This document shows, piece by piece, positions 1 through 9,062 of a DNA stretch of 64,000 nucleotides. Position numbers and translations under genes: made by a program. The notes beneath the pieces were generated by a model. It did no database searches. It was not told the DNA's origin and saw only the letters and a list, made by a program, of their open reading frames with translations. Source of the DNA: a virus (lineage: Duplodnaviria > Caudoviricetes). The stretch lies in IMG/VR virus record IMGVR_UViG_3300025389_001063, one strand, 5' to 3'. The first letter of the stretch is position 1, and every line of letters starts with the position of its first letter.

Positions 1-3000
1 TAATTCTGCCGTGTTTAATTTTTTATTTGTTATAGTTGAATAAATTTGTCCGGCTATATTTCTTTTAATAGTAAATCTATCCCACATTTTGCCAATAAAT
101 TCTGATCCTCTTAGAACACACATAGCAATCATTACTGCAAAAGGATATTCGTTAGAACGTCTCCATGCTGTTTCAACAGGCGCTTGATCTCCAAATGTAT
201 ACCTTCCTTGTGAATTAGATTTTGAAAAATTCTGAGATAGTCCACTCTCAAAAGGACTTATTAAGTTTCCGGCGTCGTCAACAGGAAGATAGTTTCCTAA
301 CCCCGGACGAGCAAATTTTAAATTTATTGATCGACCTTTGGGATCATTTATGATTCCTTTTTCTATAGAATCCCACATAATTTTATTTTCACTTGTATAT
401 GGCGCTTGACCATATATAGTTTCCCACCAAGTTGGTTTTATTGAAAATCCTTGCATTTCCCAAGGATGCGAATGTGGTCTATCTGTATCAAAGAAATATT
501 TGTAAACACCTCTCCAATACCCGTATAAAAATTCTATACCATTTGGTGCCATAGATTTATTATAATTGTAAGTAAATGGATCACCATCAATCCATTGATA
601 TCTAGGTGTTAAGTCGCCAGGAACAGTATAAGAAGGAGAATTAAAATCAAATTCAGGAACAGAATTCCATCTTAAAAACTCAGTAATTAATATATCATTA
701 ATTTCTGATTTTGTAAAATCAGTTCGACGATAATAACCAGTTAATACATCATTTATGTCAAAAATATCTGGATCATAATTCACTCTAACATTATTAAAAA
801 TTCTTTTTTCAATTTCTAAAATAACATCGTCTCTATAATCTCCATATGCTGTAAAAATACTACCATCGTGTCCTTGGATTACTGTTATCGATGCTGCTGC
901 TGGAGATTCGGTTCCATCAAAGTTTTGAACAATAGTTCTATGTGTATCATCTATATAAATCATAGGTTCATATAAGGGATATAAACCTAATTTAGAAGGA
1001 GTTAAAGGAACATAACAACCGTCTGTACTTGCATAATCCTTAATTAAAACTTGATCTCCAACGGATAATGTTGAAGTTATAGTTACAAAAGCATCAGTCG
1101 TATCAAATGTATAATCTTTATCATATATTAATTGCTCTTCATTTACATAGATTAAAATCGACCTTTTTGTTTGTGTTTTTGGATTGAATATACTATCAAT
1201 GATAAAAACTGGAAAACGTGGATCATCAACTGTATATTGTCTTACTGACGCTGCTCCAAAAGGAACCATATCAGAATAATAAAAAGGTGATTTTTCTAAA
1301 TATTTAGATTGTGAATAAGAAAGTAAAACCTGATCTGCTATTTCTCTAGGTGTTCCATCAAATCCTTTTGTCTCTAATCTAAATATTGTATCTTTTTTAA
1401 ATTGAGTATATTCTTTACTTGCCCATTGTAAAGTTTTAACAATATTAACATTCTTATCAATCATTAAAAAGGCAGATAAACTCAAAGGCCCAGAATGTTG
1501 CATAAATTTGCGACCAAGATTAGAAACATTTCCTAATTCTGATAAATTACCGAGGCCAGGATAGTTTCCTGAAAAACCAGAAGAATTCTCAACTATACTT
1601 CTAACATGATCAATAGATTCTCCGAAGGTAAAATTGTCAACTGTTTTATTGAAAGGATTGTTTTGCCAATTGAGGGGGATTTCATAATACCCCTTAAGAT
1701 TTTTATTTGAGATTGATCTTATTTTATAAACAACTTTATCTCCTGCTGCTAAAGGAGTTCCAAAATTAATATATGCAATTCCTTCAGTTACACCAAGATT
1801 TAAATCAGATCTTTTAATATCATTAACATAAACACGAATTCTATAATCAACTTTTGTTCTTACATCAGGAACAACTATAGTTCCTTCACGATATAAAGTT
1901 TGATTATTATAATATTTTGGAAATACAGAACCGGAAGATAATTGTGTCCAATACATTAAGTCTGTTGGACTCGCTGTATTATTATCAACATTAGAAACAT
2001 AAAGATACAAACCGTAACTTACAATATCTTTATTATTGTAAACTACAGTCATTTTCATATTATTAAAATTACTAACATTATTAGTGTTTATAAGTTTCCA
2101 ATTATTAGTATCAGTTACACCAATTGATATATTATTTCTTAAAGCAATATAATAAGAACTTCCTAATTTAATAATATCATTTATGACATATTGTTGATTG
2201 CTACTATATTGTCCTTTAAAAAATCCATTAACTGTATTATATTCTCCTCTAAATTGTGACTGTCCCTTTATTAAAATTTTCCAATAAATTATATCTGTTG
2301 GATAATAATGATCTATATTATCTTGTATTGCAATATATACAGATCCCTTATAACTAATAATGTCGTCTACAAAATAACTATCTATTAAATTAAATTCACC
2401 TTTGTATATATACCCCGTAAATAATAATTTCCAATAATTTGTATTTTGGGGAGTCACTTGAGCAGAATTACCCATAATATCTTCAAGAGCTATGTAAAAG
2501 AAATTATTATATAAAACAATATCTCTTTGATGATAATTTGATCCAATTCCTTTCCAAATTCCTTGATAAGATGTGTTATAATTGAAAGGTAACCAATAAT
2601 CAGTATTAGTTAAATCTCTTCCTAAATTATCTTGAATAGAAATATAAAATTGATTCGTTGATAATATTTGATTAGCTTGTTCTAAAGCATAAAGTAATTG
2701 TGCATCATCATATACATCTATCGGAACACTACTAGTTGCAGACTCAACTTTTAAAACCCTAACAACATTTTGTTCAGTTTTTCTATCTGTTTCTATCCAA
2801 CCATTTTTATATTCAAACGCATTGTTAAGATTCCACTTTCGAAGAAATGCTTGATATGCATTTAATGTAACTACACTTTTATTTAATGTGTATTTCCATG
2901 TATCTTTTTCTAAACTAAATTCAAATTCAATATCACCCACATTATCTATAGAACGATAAACTAAAGGAAATCCAAGTTCAGAATCATTTATTCCTGTACC

Positions 3001-5085
3001 TGTTTGATAGTTGAAGATTTTAGTTCCTTTAAAATTATTATAAGGATATACAGTTGTATCAGAATAACTAACAAAATTTTCATCAAAAAGATCAAACAAT
3101 GGTGCTTGATTTATTGCTGTTTTCTTTTGTGCTTGTGCCCAAGTTCCATTCAAATAATAAAAGGAAGATCCCATATATGAATTTCCTTTGGTGATGTAAA
3201 CTATTTCACCTTCGACAGGATCAGTATCTGGTACTTCTTGTAATGTTAATTGTTGTTTTCTTCTAGTAACTCCTGACCCAACAACAGAAACCTTCATTGT
3301 AAGATTAGTAGAATCAATTAAAGTAACTGCTGAGCCATTTGCTGTTAATCCTACAGAAAATGATGTTGAAGTAAAATTAGTTTTAAGAATATAATATACT
3401 GTTGAAGGAGATAATCCTCCAATTAAATTTCCAGAAAATTTTACAGTCATACCTGGTTTTAAAGTATTAGTGTCGGGAACAGTAATTATATCTTTAGTAG
3501 ATTGATCAGAGTTAACTATATGGGCTGTAGAAATAACAACAATGTCCTGATTAGAAGACTCATAAACATTTTGTATTTGTTGAACTTCAAATATTTTTCC
3601 TTTAACTAAAATATCATTATCTGCTAAAAATAATACTCGATAACCCGGAAGGAGTTCTATACCATCTATAAAATAACCTGTACTACCTTCGATTAATGAA
3701 AATACGTCTGTTGTTACTGTATCAACTAAATCAATATCTGCTTTTGAAAAATAGCCATGATTATATAATTTTAAATCAGGTTCAAATTCAATGATAGGAC
3801 GAAGAGCTCGAGTTGTTTGATCTAATAAAGGTATTGTACCATTTGCTGTTGCAGAAATTTCAATTACTGATCGATGAAACCATCTATTAGTTCTAGACCA
3901 ATTATTTCTATCTCTAGATGCCCTGTTAATAACCAAATAATCTTTTTCAAGAGGATAATTGTCTGCGTTTTCCCAAGGTAATGTGTCAAATCCTTGATCG
4001 TCAAATGGAATATCAATATTTGAAATAAAGGTTGCAGGAGACTCTAGATCTTTTTTGTTTATTAAAACAATTCTACTTCCAACTCCTTCAACATACCATT
4101 GTCCAGATGCATATTTTGTAGGAGTTACTTGTCCTGAAAATTGCACAACAAGCCCATTAATAAATTGAATACCATCACTAGTTGTAAAATTTATTTTTCC
4201 TACTATTTCTTTTTCAACATCAAGAAAAGCAGCATCTTTAATATCTTTAATATTAATAATTCCCACTGTCTCATCAAGAACACCGTTATTTTCTCTCACA
4301 GTATTATCAACGTAATAAAGCATATCAGGTGCTTCATATGGTACTGTAAAAGTTAATATTCCTTTTTCAACATTTCTTGCACTAACACCAATGTCATAGA
4401 AATAACTATCGCCTGATTCATTTTGTGTCTTAATTGAAAACAAAGTATTAGGTGCATTAATATTAAATGTATATGTTACTCCTCTATAAAGAGTTAATGC
4501 AGGATTTGCTGTTAAACCATCTGGAGTAAAAATATAAACAATATTATTATCCTCAAATTGTGATGTAACAGAATACTCAGAAACTATATTTTCTAAATGT
4601 CCATATACTGTAATTGGATCCGGTCCTGACGGTAACCAAAAATATTCTCGATAATTTACAAACTTATCCCAATCAATATGTGGATCCCAAGTATATGCTT
4701 CTTGTTTATTAAGTTTACTATGATTAGATACGTTAGCTCCAAAATACTTAAGGCTGTTAATATAATCAATGTAATCACCAAACCAATTAATATTACCTGT
4801 TACAGAATCCTGATTAATAAATGCAGGTTCTAATTGATAATATTGTCTTGGTGTTGATGTTTCTTCTATATAATTGTCATCAAAAGAATAATTAGGAATG
4901 TCTCTACGACCAATATAAGAACTAATTCGAGTTAATGTTCCTGGTTGTGTTACAACATCAACTGTTCCTCCAAGAAATTTTTTATTAGAATTACTTCTAA
5001 AAAAGTTTGGAAGAAGATTACTATTTTGTCTTTTATTGTTAGAACCTATCGGCAACGGTGATTCATTGTAGTCTTGTTGTGCCAT
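1..5085 (-). CDS. Large baseplate wedge / virion structural protein (gp7-like position), partial; runs off the window start
   Basis: Not in the ORF track because the stop lies outside the window. ATG at 5085 with GGAG upstream; reads MAQQDYNESPLPIGSNNKRQNSNLLPNFFRSNSNKKFLGG, in frame with position 1. Directly downstream of the gp6-like gene. Confidence 0.6.
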   Translation of the reverse strand, partial: MAQQDYNESPLPIGSNNKRQNSNLLPNFFRSNSNKKFLGGTVDVVTQPGTLTRISSYIGRRDIPNYSFDDNYIEETSTPRQYYQLEPAFINQDSVTGNINWFGDYIDYINSLKYFGANVSNHSKLNKQEAYTWDPHIDWDKFVNYREYFWLPSGPDPITVYGHLENIVSEYSVTSQFEDNNIVYIFTPDGLTANPALTLYRGVTYTFNINAPNTLFSIKTQNESGDSYFYDIGVSARNVEKGILTFTVPYEAPDMLYYVDNTVRENNGVLDETVGIINIKDIKDAAFLDVEKEIVGKINFTTSDGIQFINGLVVQFSGQVTPTKYASGQWYVEGVGSRIVLINKKDLESPATFISNIDIPFDDQGFDTLPWENADNYPLEKDYLVINRASRDRNNWSRTNRWFHRSVIEISATANGTIPLLDQTTRALRPIIEFEPDLKLYNHGYFSKADIDLVDTVTTDVFSLIEGSTGYFIDGIELLPGYRVLFLADNDILVKGKIFEVQQIQNVYESSNQDIVVISTAHIVNSDQSTKDIITVPDTNTLKPGMTVKFSGNLIGGLSPSTVYYILKTNFTSTSFSVGLTANGSAVTLIDSTNLTMKVSVVGSGVTRRKQQLTLQEVPDTDPVEGEIVYITKGNSYMGSSFYYLNGTWAQAQKKTAINQAPLFDLFDENFVSYSDTTVYPYNNFKGTKIFNYQTGTGINDSELGFPLVYRSIDNVGDIEFEFSLEKDTWKYTLNKSVVTLNAYQAFLRKWNLNNAFEYKNGWIETDRKTEQNVVRVLKVESATSSVPIDVYDDAQLLYALEQANQILSTNQFYISIQDNLGRDLTNTDYWLPFNYNTSYQGIWKGIGSNYHQRDIVLYNNFFYIALEDIMGNSAQVTPQNTNYWKLLFTGYIYKGEFNLIDSYFVDDIISYKGSVYIAIQDNIDHYYPTDIIYWKILIKGQSQFRGEYNTVNGFFKGQYSSNQQYVINDIIKLGSSYYIALRNNISIGVTDTNNWKLINTNNVSNFNNMKMTVVYNNKDIVSYGLYLYVSNVDNNTASPTDLMYWTQLSSGSVFPKYYNNQTLYREGTIVVPDVRTKVDYRIRVYVNDIKRSDLNLGVTEGIAYINFGTPLAAGDKVVYKIRSISNKNLKGYYEIPLNWQNNPFNKTVDNFTFGESIDHVRSIVENSSGFSGNYPGLGNLSELGNVSNLGRKFMQHSGPLSLSAFLMIDKNVNIVKTLQWASKEYTQFKKDTIFRLETKGFDGTPREIADQVLLSYSQSKYLEKSPFYYSDMVPFGAASVRQYTVDDPRFPVFIIDSIFNPKTQTKRSILIYVNEEQLIYDKDYTFDTTDAFVTITSTLSVGDQVLIKDYASTDGCYVPLTPSKLGLYPLYEPMIYIDDTHRTIVQNFDGTESPAAASITVIQGHDGSIFTAYGDYRDDVILEIEKRIFNNVRVNYDPDIFDINDVLTGYYRRTDFTKSEINDILITEFLRWNSVPEFDFNSPSYTVPGDLTPRYQWIDGDPFTYNYNKSMAPNGIEFLYGYWRGVYKYFFDTDRPHSHPWEMQGFSIKPTWWETIYGQAPYTSENKIMWDSIEKGIINDPKGRSINLKFARPGLGNYLPVDDAGNLISPFESGLSQNFSKSNSQGRYTFGDQAPVETAWRRSNEYPFAVMIAMCVLRGSEFIGKMWDRFTIKRNIAGQIYSTITNKKLNTAEL

Positions 5086-5103
5086 TTAACTCTAAATCTC
5101 CAA

Positions 5104-8100
5104 TTATAATGAACTTGATATGCTTTGTAAGTTCGTTGTATTAATGTTATAAGTATCAGAAGTTACAATATATCCCTGTGCTTTAATTCTAGATGCAGTA
5201 ATTGCATCAACAATTTGTATATCATTAACTGTTGCTCCGCTAATAAAAATTTCATTTGGCTGAGATGTTATTTGTTGTAAACTTCCATAAACTTGATCAC
5301 TGTTAGTAGGAACAATTAAAAAAGTTGTAATATAAGGAACAAGTTGATTTACTATATAAGTTGCCATTTCTGTAAAATAAAAAGTATCACCAAAATCCCA
5401 ATTATCAAGGCTAAAATATTGATTGATTGCTACTATAATTCTAGATTTAACATCGTTATCCGTAATAACTTGTTCTCCGTTTTTAACAACTATAAAACTT
5501 GCCTGTAAATTAGTAGAGGCCGCAGATCCAAATAATACTCTATATTTTACAGGATGATAAATTATTTCATCACTAATACTTTTGATTTGATCTAATTTTC
5601 CGCCATATGTAATCTTAAGATCCGTTGAACTAAGTGGAAGAGGTTCTGTATCTAAATTTCCTGCTATCCAATTTCTATAATCTAAATCATATGCCTTTGT
5701 TAATATATATGTATCCATAATATTGCTTGCACTAGGATCAATTCTATAACTTTGATCTGCATTGTGCAAATAATAGAAATTAATATTTGCTCTTCCTATT
5801 GCTGCATAATAATCAGTTGTAATAACTAATTCTTGAAGACTTGAATTATATATTTTAACTATGTCAGACATATAAAAATAAAATAATTGTCCATTTGTAT
5901 AAGAACTCAATGAGGAAATTGAATTTTCTGAGTCAAAAATAAGAAACATATTATTAGTGTTTTCAATGTAACGATAATCTTCTACATATGCTTCTGTAAT
6001 ATATTTTTCAAAAAATACATATCGATTTGGATTAGAAATTGACGGATCTACAATAATATCAAATTGATCCGGATTATCTGCAACACCATCTGAATTTATA
6101 TCTGATAAAGTTATTTTTATTGTTCTACTACTTGCATATCCATCAACTTCAGTTGTAACTCCAATTATATTAAAAATATAATCTTGTCCTAAAGATGTTG
6201 ATGTATTAGGAAGGGTATTAAATTTCAATACATTGACAACATCTTTTTTTACTTTTCCTGTATTTGAATCATAAATTTTTCTAGTTCCATCAAAATAAAA
6301 TCTATTTTCAAGTATAGAAGAAAAGAAATATTCGAGACCTCTATATGTAACAGTATATGTTGTTCCATCTGTTTCAAAAGCAACTAACCAACTAGCATCT
6401 AATTTAGATCCCGTATTATCTCCAGACTTACCAAGACTCCACGGATTTAATAGATCTAAATTTCTATCATAAACTATTTGCCATGCTCTAGTAGAAATAT
6501 CATATCTTAATCCAAAATTTTTATTATTAAATACAAGTTCTACGGCAACTGATAATGTGTCTGTTGGAAAAACACTATTAAACTTAGGAATAACTTGATT
6601 AATAATTGCTGTAGAAGGAATGATTTTATCAAACACAATAGGACCATATCCAGATGATAATACTCCTAATCCAGTAGCAGTACCATCTCCTACTACTGCT
6701 ACAACTTTTGTCCAAATTCTATCAATTGTAGTTGACGATGCAGTTGTTGTTAATGTACCAGATTGAGTAAAATAAAATCCTGACGGTGGAATAAATTTAA
6801 TTAATGCACCAGGTTCTAAATATTTTAAACTATTTTCAGTATAAGATCCTACCTTAAATGGTGTTGTAGTATCTGATGTACTAGTAACATATCCAGTACT
6901 TTCACTTACTGCTGTTGTTACTTGAGTAAATGCAATAGTAATATCTGGCAAAATTATCTTAGTATAATTTTCATAATAAAAGTCTCTCATTGATTCCGCT
7001 TCTAATAACGGTTGTACTTGATTCATTAAAATTGAATCTATTTGAGTTCGACTATTAAATGTAAAGGTAAAATTATTTTCTGTTTGTTCTCTATAAATGA
7101 TTCCATCTGTACAAAAAATATTAATAGAACTATATTTTCCACTAGCATCAATTAAATCAAAATTTCTACTGATTCCACTAGCAGTTCTATTAATTGTTTT
7201 AACTTTTGCAATTGTTTGACTTACACTAAGAGGAGCTAAATTATAATCCTCTCCTGTGATCATTCTATTCTGTGTATAATATGTTAAAGGTGCATTAGTT
7301 TTAATTTCAGTAAGACTCTCTGCGGCAGAGGCTGTAGTTACTGTATTTTTAAGAGATAATGTAATTGTTAAAGATTCACCCGATCCTGTTTTAGAAGTAT
7401 AAGGAATTGTTATTACAACACCAGCCATATCCTTAGGATTAATATAATAAGTTTGTCCATTTGAAACTCTATAATATGTTCTAAAACTACCTTTAGGTAG
7501 ATTACCAAAGATACCATCAGCAAATAATAAAGAAACAGCATCGCTTGCTTTGGTTTGTACTTGATATATATTTCTAATTGTTTTATCAAGACTATTATAA
7601 ATGATATTATTTCCTGTAATAGAAGGAACCTTTGTCCATAATGTTTGTTCATTATTAGAAGAATCTAAACTGTATAACCAGAGATCATTATCATTAATAT
7701 TGATATCAGTAATATCTACAATTTCATTAGTTGTAGGACTATTCATTTTAAATTCTTTATACAAAAGTGTACCTTGTCTAAAATGTAGGAACCAACCAGT
7801 ATTAACACTCCCATAACCTTTATAATCATTTCTATAAATGAAAGAAAATTTATTTCCTCTTAATGGAGCATCTTCAACAATATATCCATTTGAAATAATT
7901 GTACTTGGAATTTCAAAAGGTAATGTTACTCCATTTACAGCTTTACTAAAATTAAATAATGGAATTCCTGAATTATTAGAATTAAATTTATATTGCTCAG
8001 TTTGTATATTTCCTATTACACTCTGAGATATTGGCGTGCCAAAATTATTTTCAGCAACCATAGCAGAATCCATAATTCTTGTAATCTGATCTAACCAATT

Positions 8101-8550
8101 ATTATTAGTTGGATCATTCCAAACTACTACTAGACCTGATAAATTTCTACCATTAGCATCTATAATTTCTTCTGTTGTAGTAATACTGTCTATTTTTAAT
8201 AATCCATTTGCACAAACGTTTCTAGAAGGATTATAACTAATTAATTGTGCTAATCTTAAAACACTTTCTTGACGTTCTGCAAGTTCTAAAAAGTTTTCTC
8301 TAGCATTTAAATCAATACGAAAAGATAGACTTTGACCTAAAAAACAAAGAAGATCAATCAAGGCAAGGTATTCACTAGATTCAATATAATCATTAAAGTC
8401 TTCAGGATATTTTTCCCTAAGATATTGAATCATTACACGGCGTAAATTTTCAAAATCATAACTTGTGAAATCAGCATTGCTGAATTTTTGATATATTTTT
8501 TTCCAATCTTCGGCTAGAAAAAGATTCTGTTGACGTCCGGTTGTTGACAT
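5104..8550 (-). CDS. Baseplate wedge subunit, T4 gp6-like (extended, 1148 aa)
   Basis: N-terminal DFENLRRVMIQYL..DFNDYIESS...LIDLL..NARENFLELAERQESV..LA..ISYNP and TGEDY motif typical of gp6/baseplate J; follows gp25. Confidence 0.8.
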   Translation of the reverse strand: MSTTGRQQNLFLAEDWKKIYQKFSNADFTSYDFENLRRVMIQYLREKYPEDFNDYIESSEYLALIDLLCFLGQSLSFRIDLNARENFLELAERQESVLRLAQLISYNPSRNVCANGLLKIDSITTTEEIIDANGRNLSGLVVVWNDPTNNNWLDQITRIMDSAMVAENNFGTPISQSVIGNIQTEQYKFNSNNSGIPLFNFSKAVNGVTLPFEIPSTIISNGYIVEDAPLRGNKFSFIYRNDYKGYGSVNTGWFLHFRQGTLLYKEFKMNSPTTNEIVDITDININDNDLWLYSLDSSNNEQTLWTKVPSITGNNIIYNSLDKTIRNIYQVQTKASDAVSLLFADGIFGNLPKGSFRTYYRVSNGQTYYINPKDMAGVVITIPYTSKTGSGESLTITLSLKNTVTTASAAESLTEIKTNAPLTYYTQNRMITGEDYNLAPLSVSQTIAKVKTINRTASGISRNFDLIDASGKYSSINIFCTDGIIYREQTENNFTFTFNSRTQIDSILMNQVQPLLEAESMRDFYYENYTKIILPDITIAFTQVTTAVSESTGYVTSTSDTTTPFKVGSYTENSLKYLEPGALIKFIPPSGFYFTQSGTLTTTASSTTIDRIWTKVVAVVGDGTATGLGVLSSGYGPIVFDKIIPSTAIINQVIPKFNSVFPTDTLSVAVELVFNNKNFGLRYDISTRAWQIVYDRNLDLLNPWSLGKSGDNTGSKLDASWLVAFETDGTTYTVTYRGLEYFFSSILENRFYFDGTRKIYDSNTGKVKKDVVNVLKFNTLPNTSTSLGQDYIFNIIGVTTEVDGYASSRTIKITLSDINSDGVADNPDQFDIIVDPSISNPNRYVFFEKYITEAYVEDYRYIENTNNMFLIFDSENSISSLSSYTNGQLFYFYMSDIVKIYNSSLQELVITTDYYAAIGRANINFYYLHNADQSYRIDPSASNIMDTYILTKAYDLDYRNWIAGNLDTEPLPLSSTDLKITYGGKLDQIKSISDEIIYHPVKYRVLFGSAASTNLQASFIVVKNGEQVITDNDVKSRIIVAINQYFSLDNWDFGDTFYFTEMATYIVNQLVPYITTFLIVPTNSDQVYGSLQQITSQPNEIFISGATVNDIQIVDAITASRIKAQGYIVTSDTYNINTTNLQSISSSL

Positions 8551-8573
8551 TGAATTAACTACCTTGTTTTCTT

Positions 8574-8581
8574 TATTTATT
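8574..8581 (-). promoter_or_regulatory. Late promoter AATAAATA for the gp6-like gene
   Basis: Matches the NATAAATA motif seen upstream of many structural genes here; T4 late consensus is TATAAATA. Confidence 0.55.
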
Positions 8582-8600
8582 ATTGAAAATATGTGGGTGT

Positions 8601-9047
8601 TTAATTAGAACTTATACCGTTTGCTTGATCAAATTTAAATTGCAAGGTTTCTTGTATATTGTATGGCAAATATATAAGTGTTACTTCTATCTGTATAGCA
8701 TTGTCTACTTGTGTTACAGTACTTTTTACAACTTGAGTACGAGGATCTGCATTAACAATTGCCGATACATCAGTAACTATAGCCTGTTTTAGACCATCTG
8801 TTAATGGCTCATAGAGTGCATCCCATATAATAGTTCCAAATTCAGGATTCTCAAGTTTTTCTCCCTTACGAATATGAAAATTATTAATAAGATCTTGTTT
8901 AATTAATTCTAAATCATATAAAACAGTGTTTTCAATCGTAGTACTTACTGTACTAAAACCTCTATAAGTTCTAGACGTTAACGGTAATTGTTGACCTTCA
9001 GTAGTAGTTGGTCCTAATCTTATATTCTCAAAACCTACAGTAGACAT
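8601..9047 (-). CDS. Baseplate wedge subunit, T4 gp25-like
   Basis: LIKQDLINNFHIRKGEKLENPEFGTIIWDALYEPL...DPR pattern of the gp25/GPW family. Confidence 0.9.
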   Translation of the reverse strand: MSTVGFENIRLGPTTTEGQQLPLTSRTYRGFSTVSTTIENTVLYDLELIKQDLINNFHIRKGEKLENPEFGTIIWDALYEPLTDGLKQAIVTDVSAIVNADPRTQVVKSTVTQVDNAIQIEVTLIYLPYNIQETLQFKFDQANGISSN

Positions 9048-9062
9048 ATTATTAATTATCCT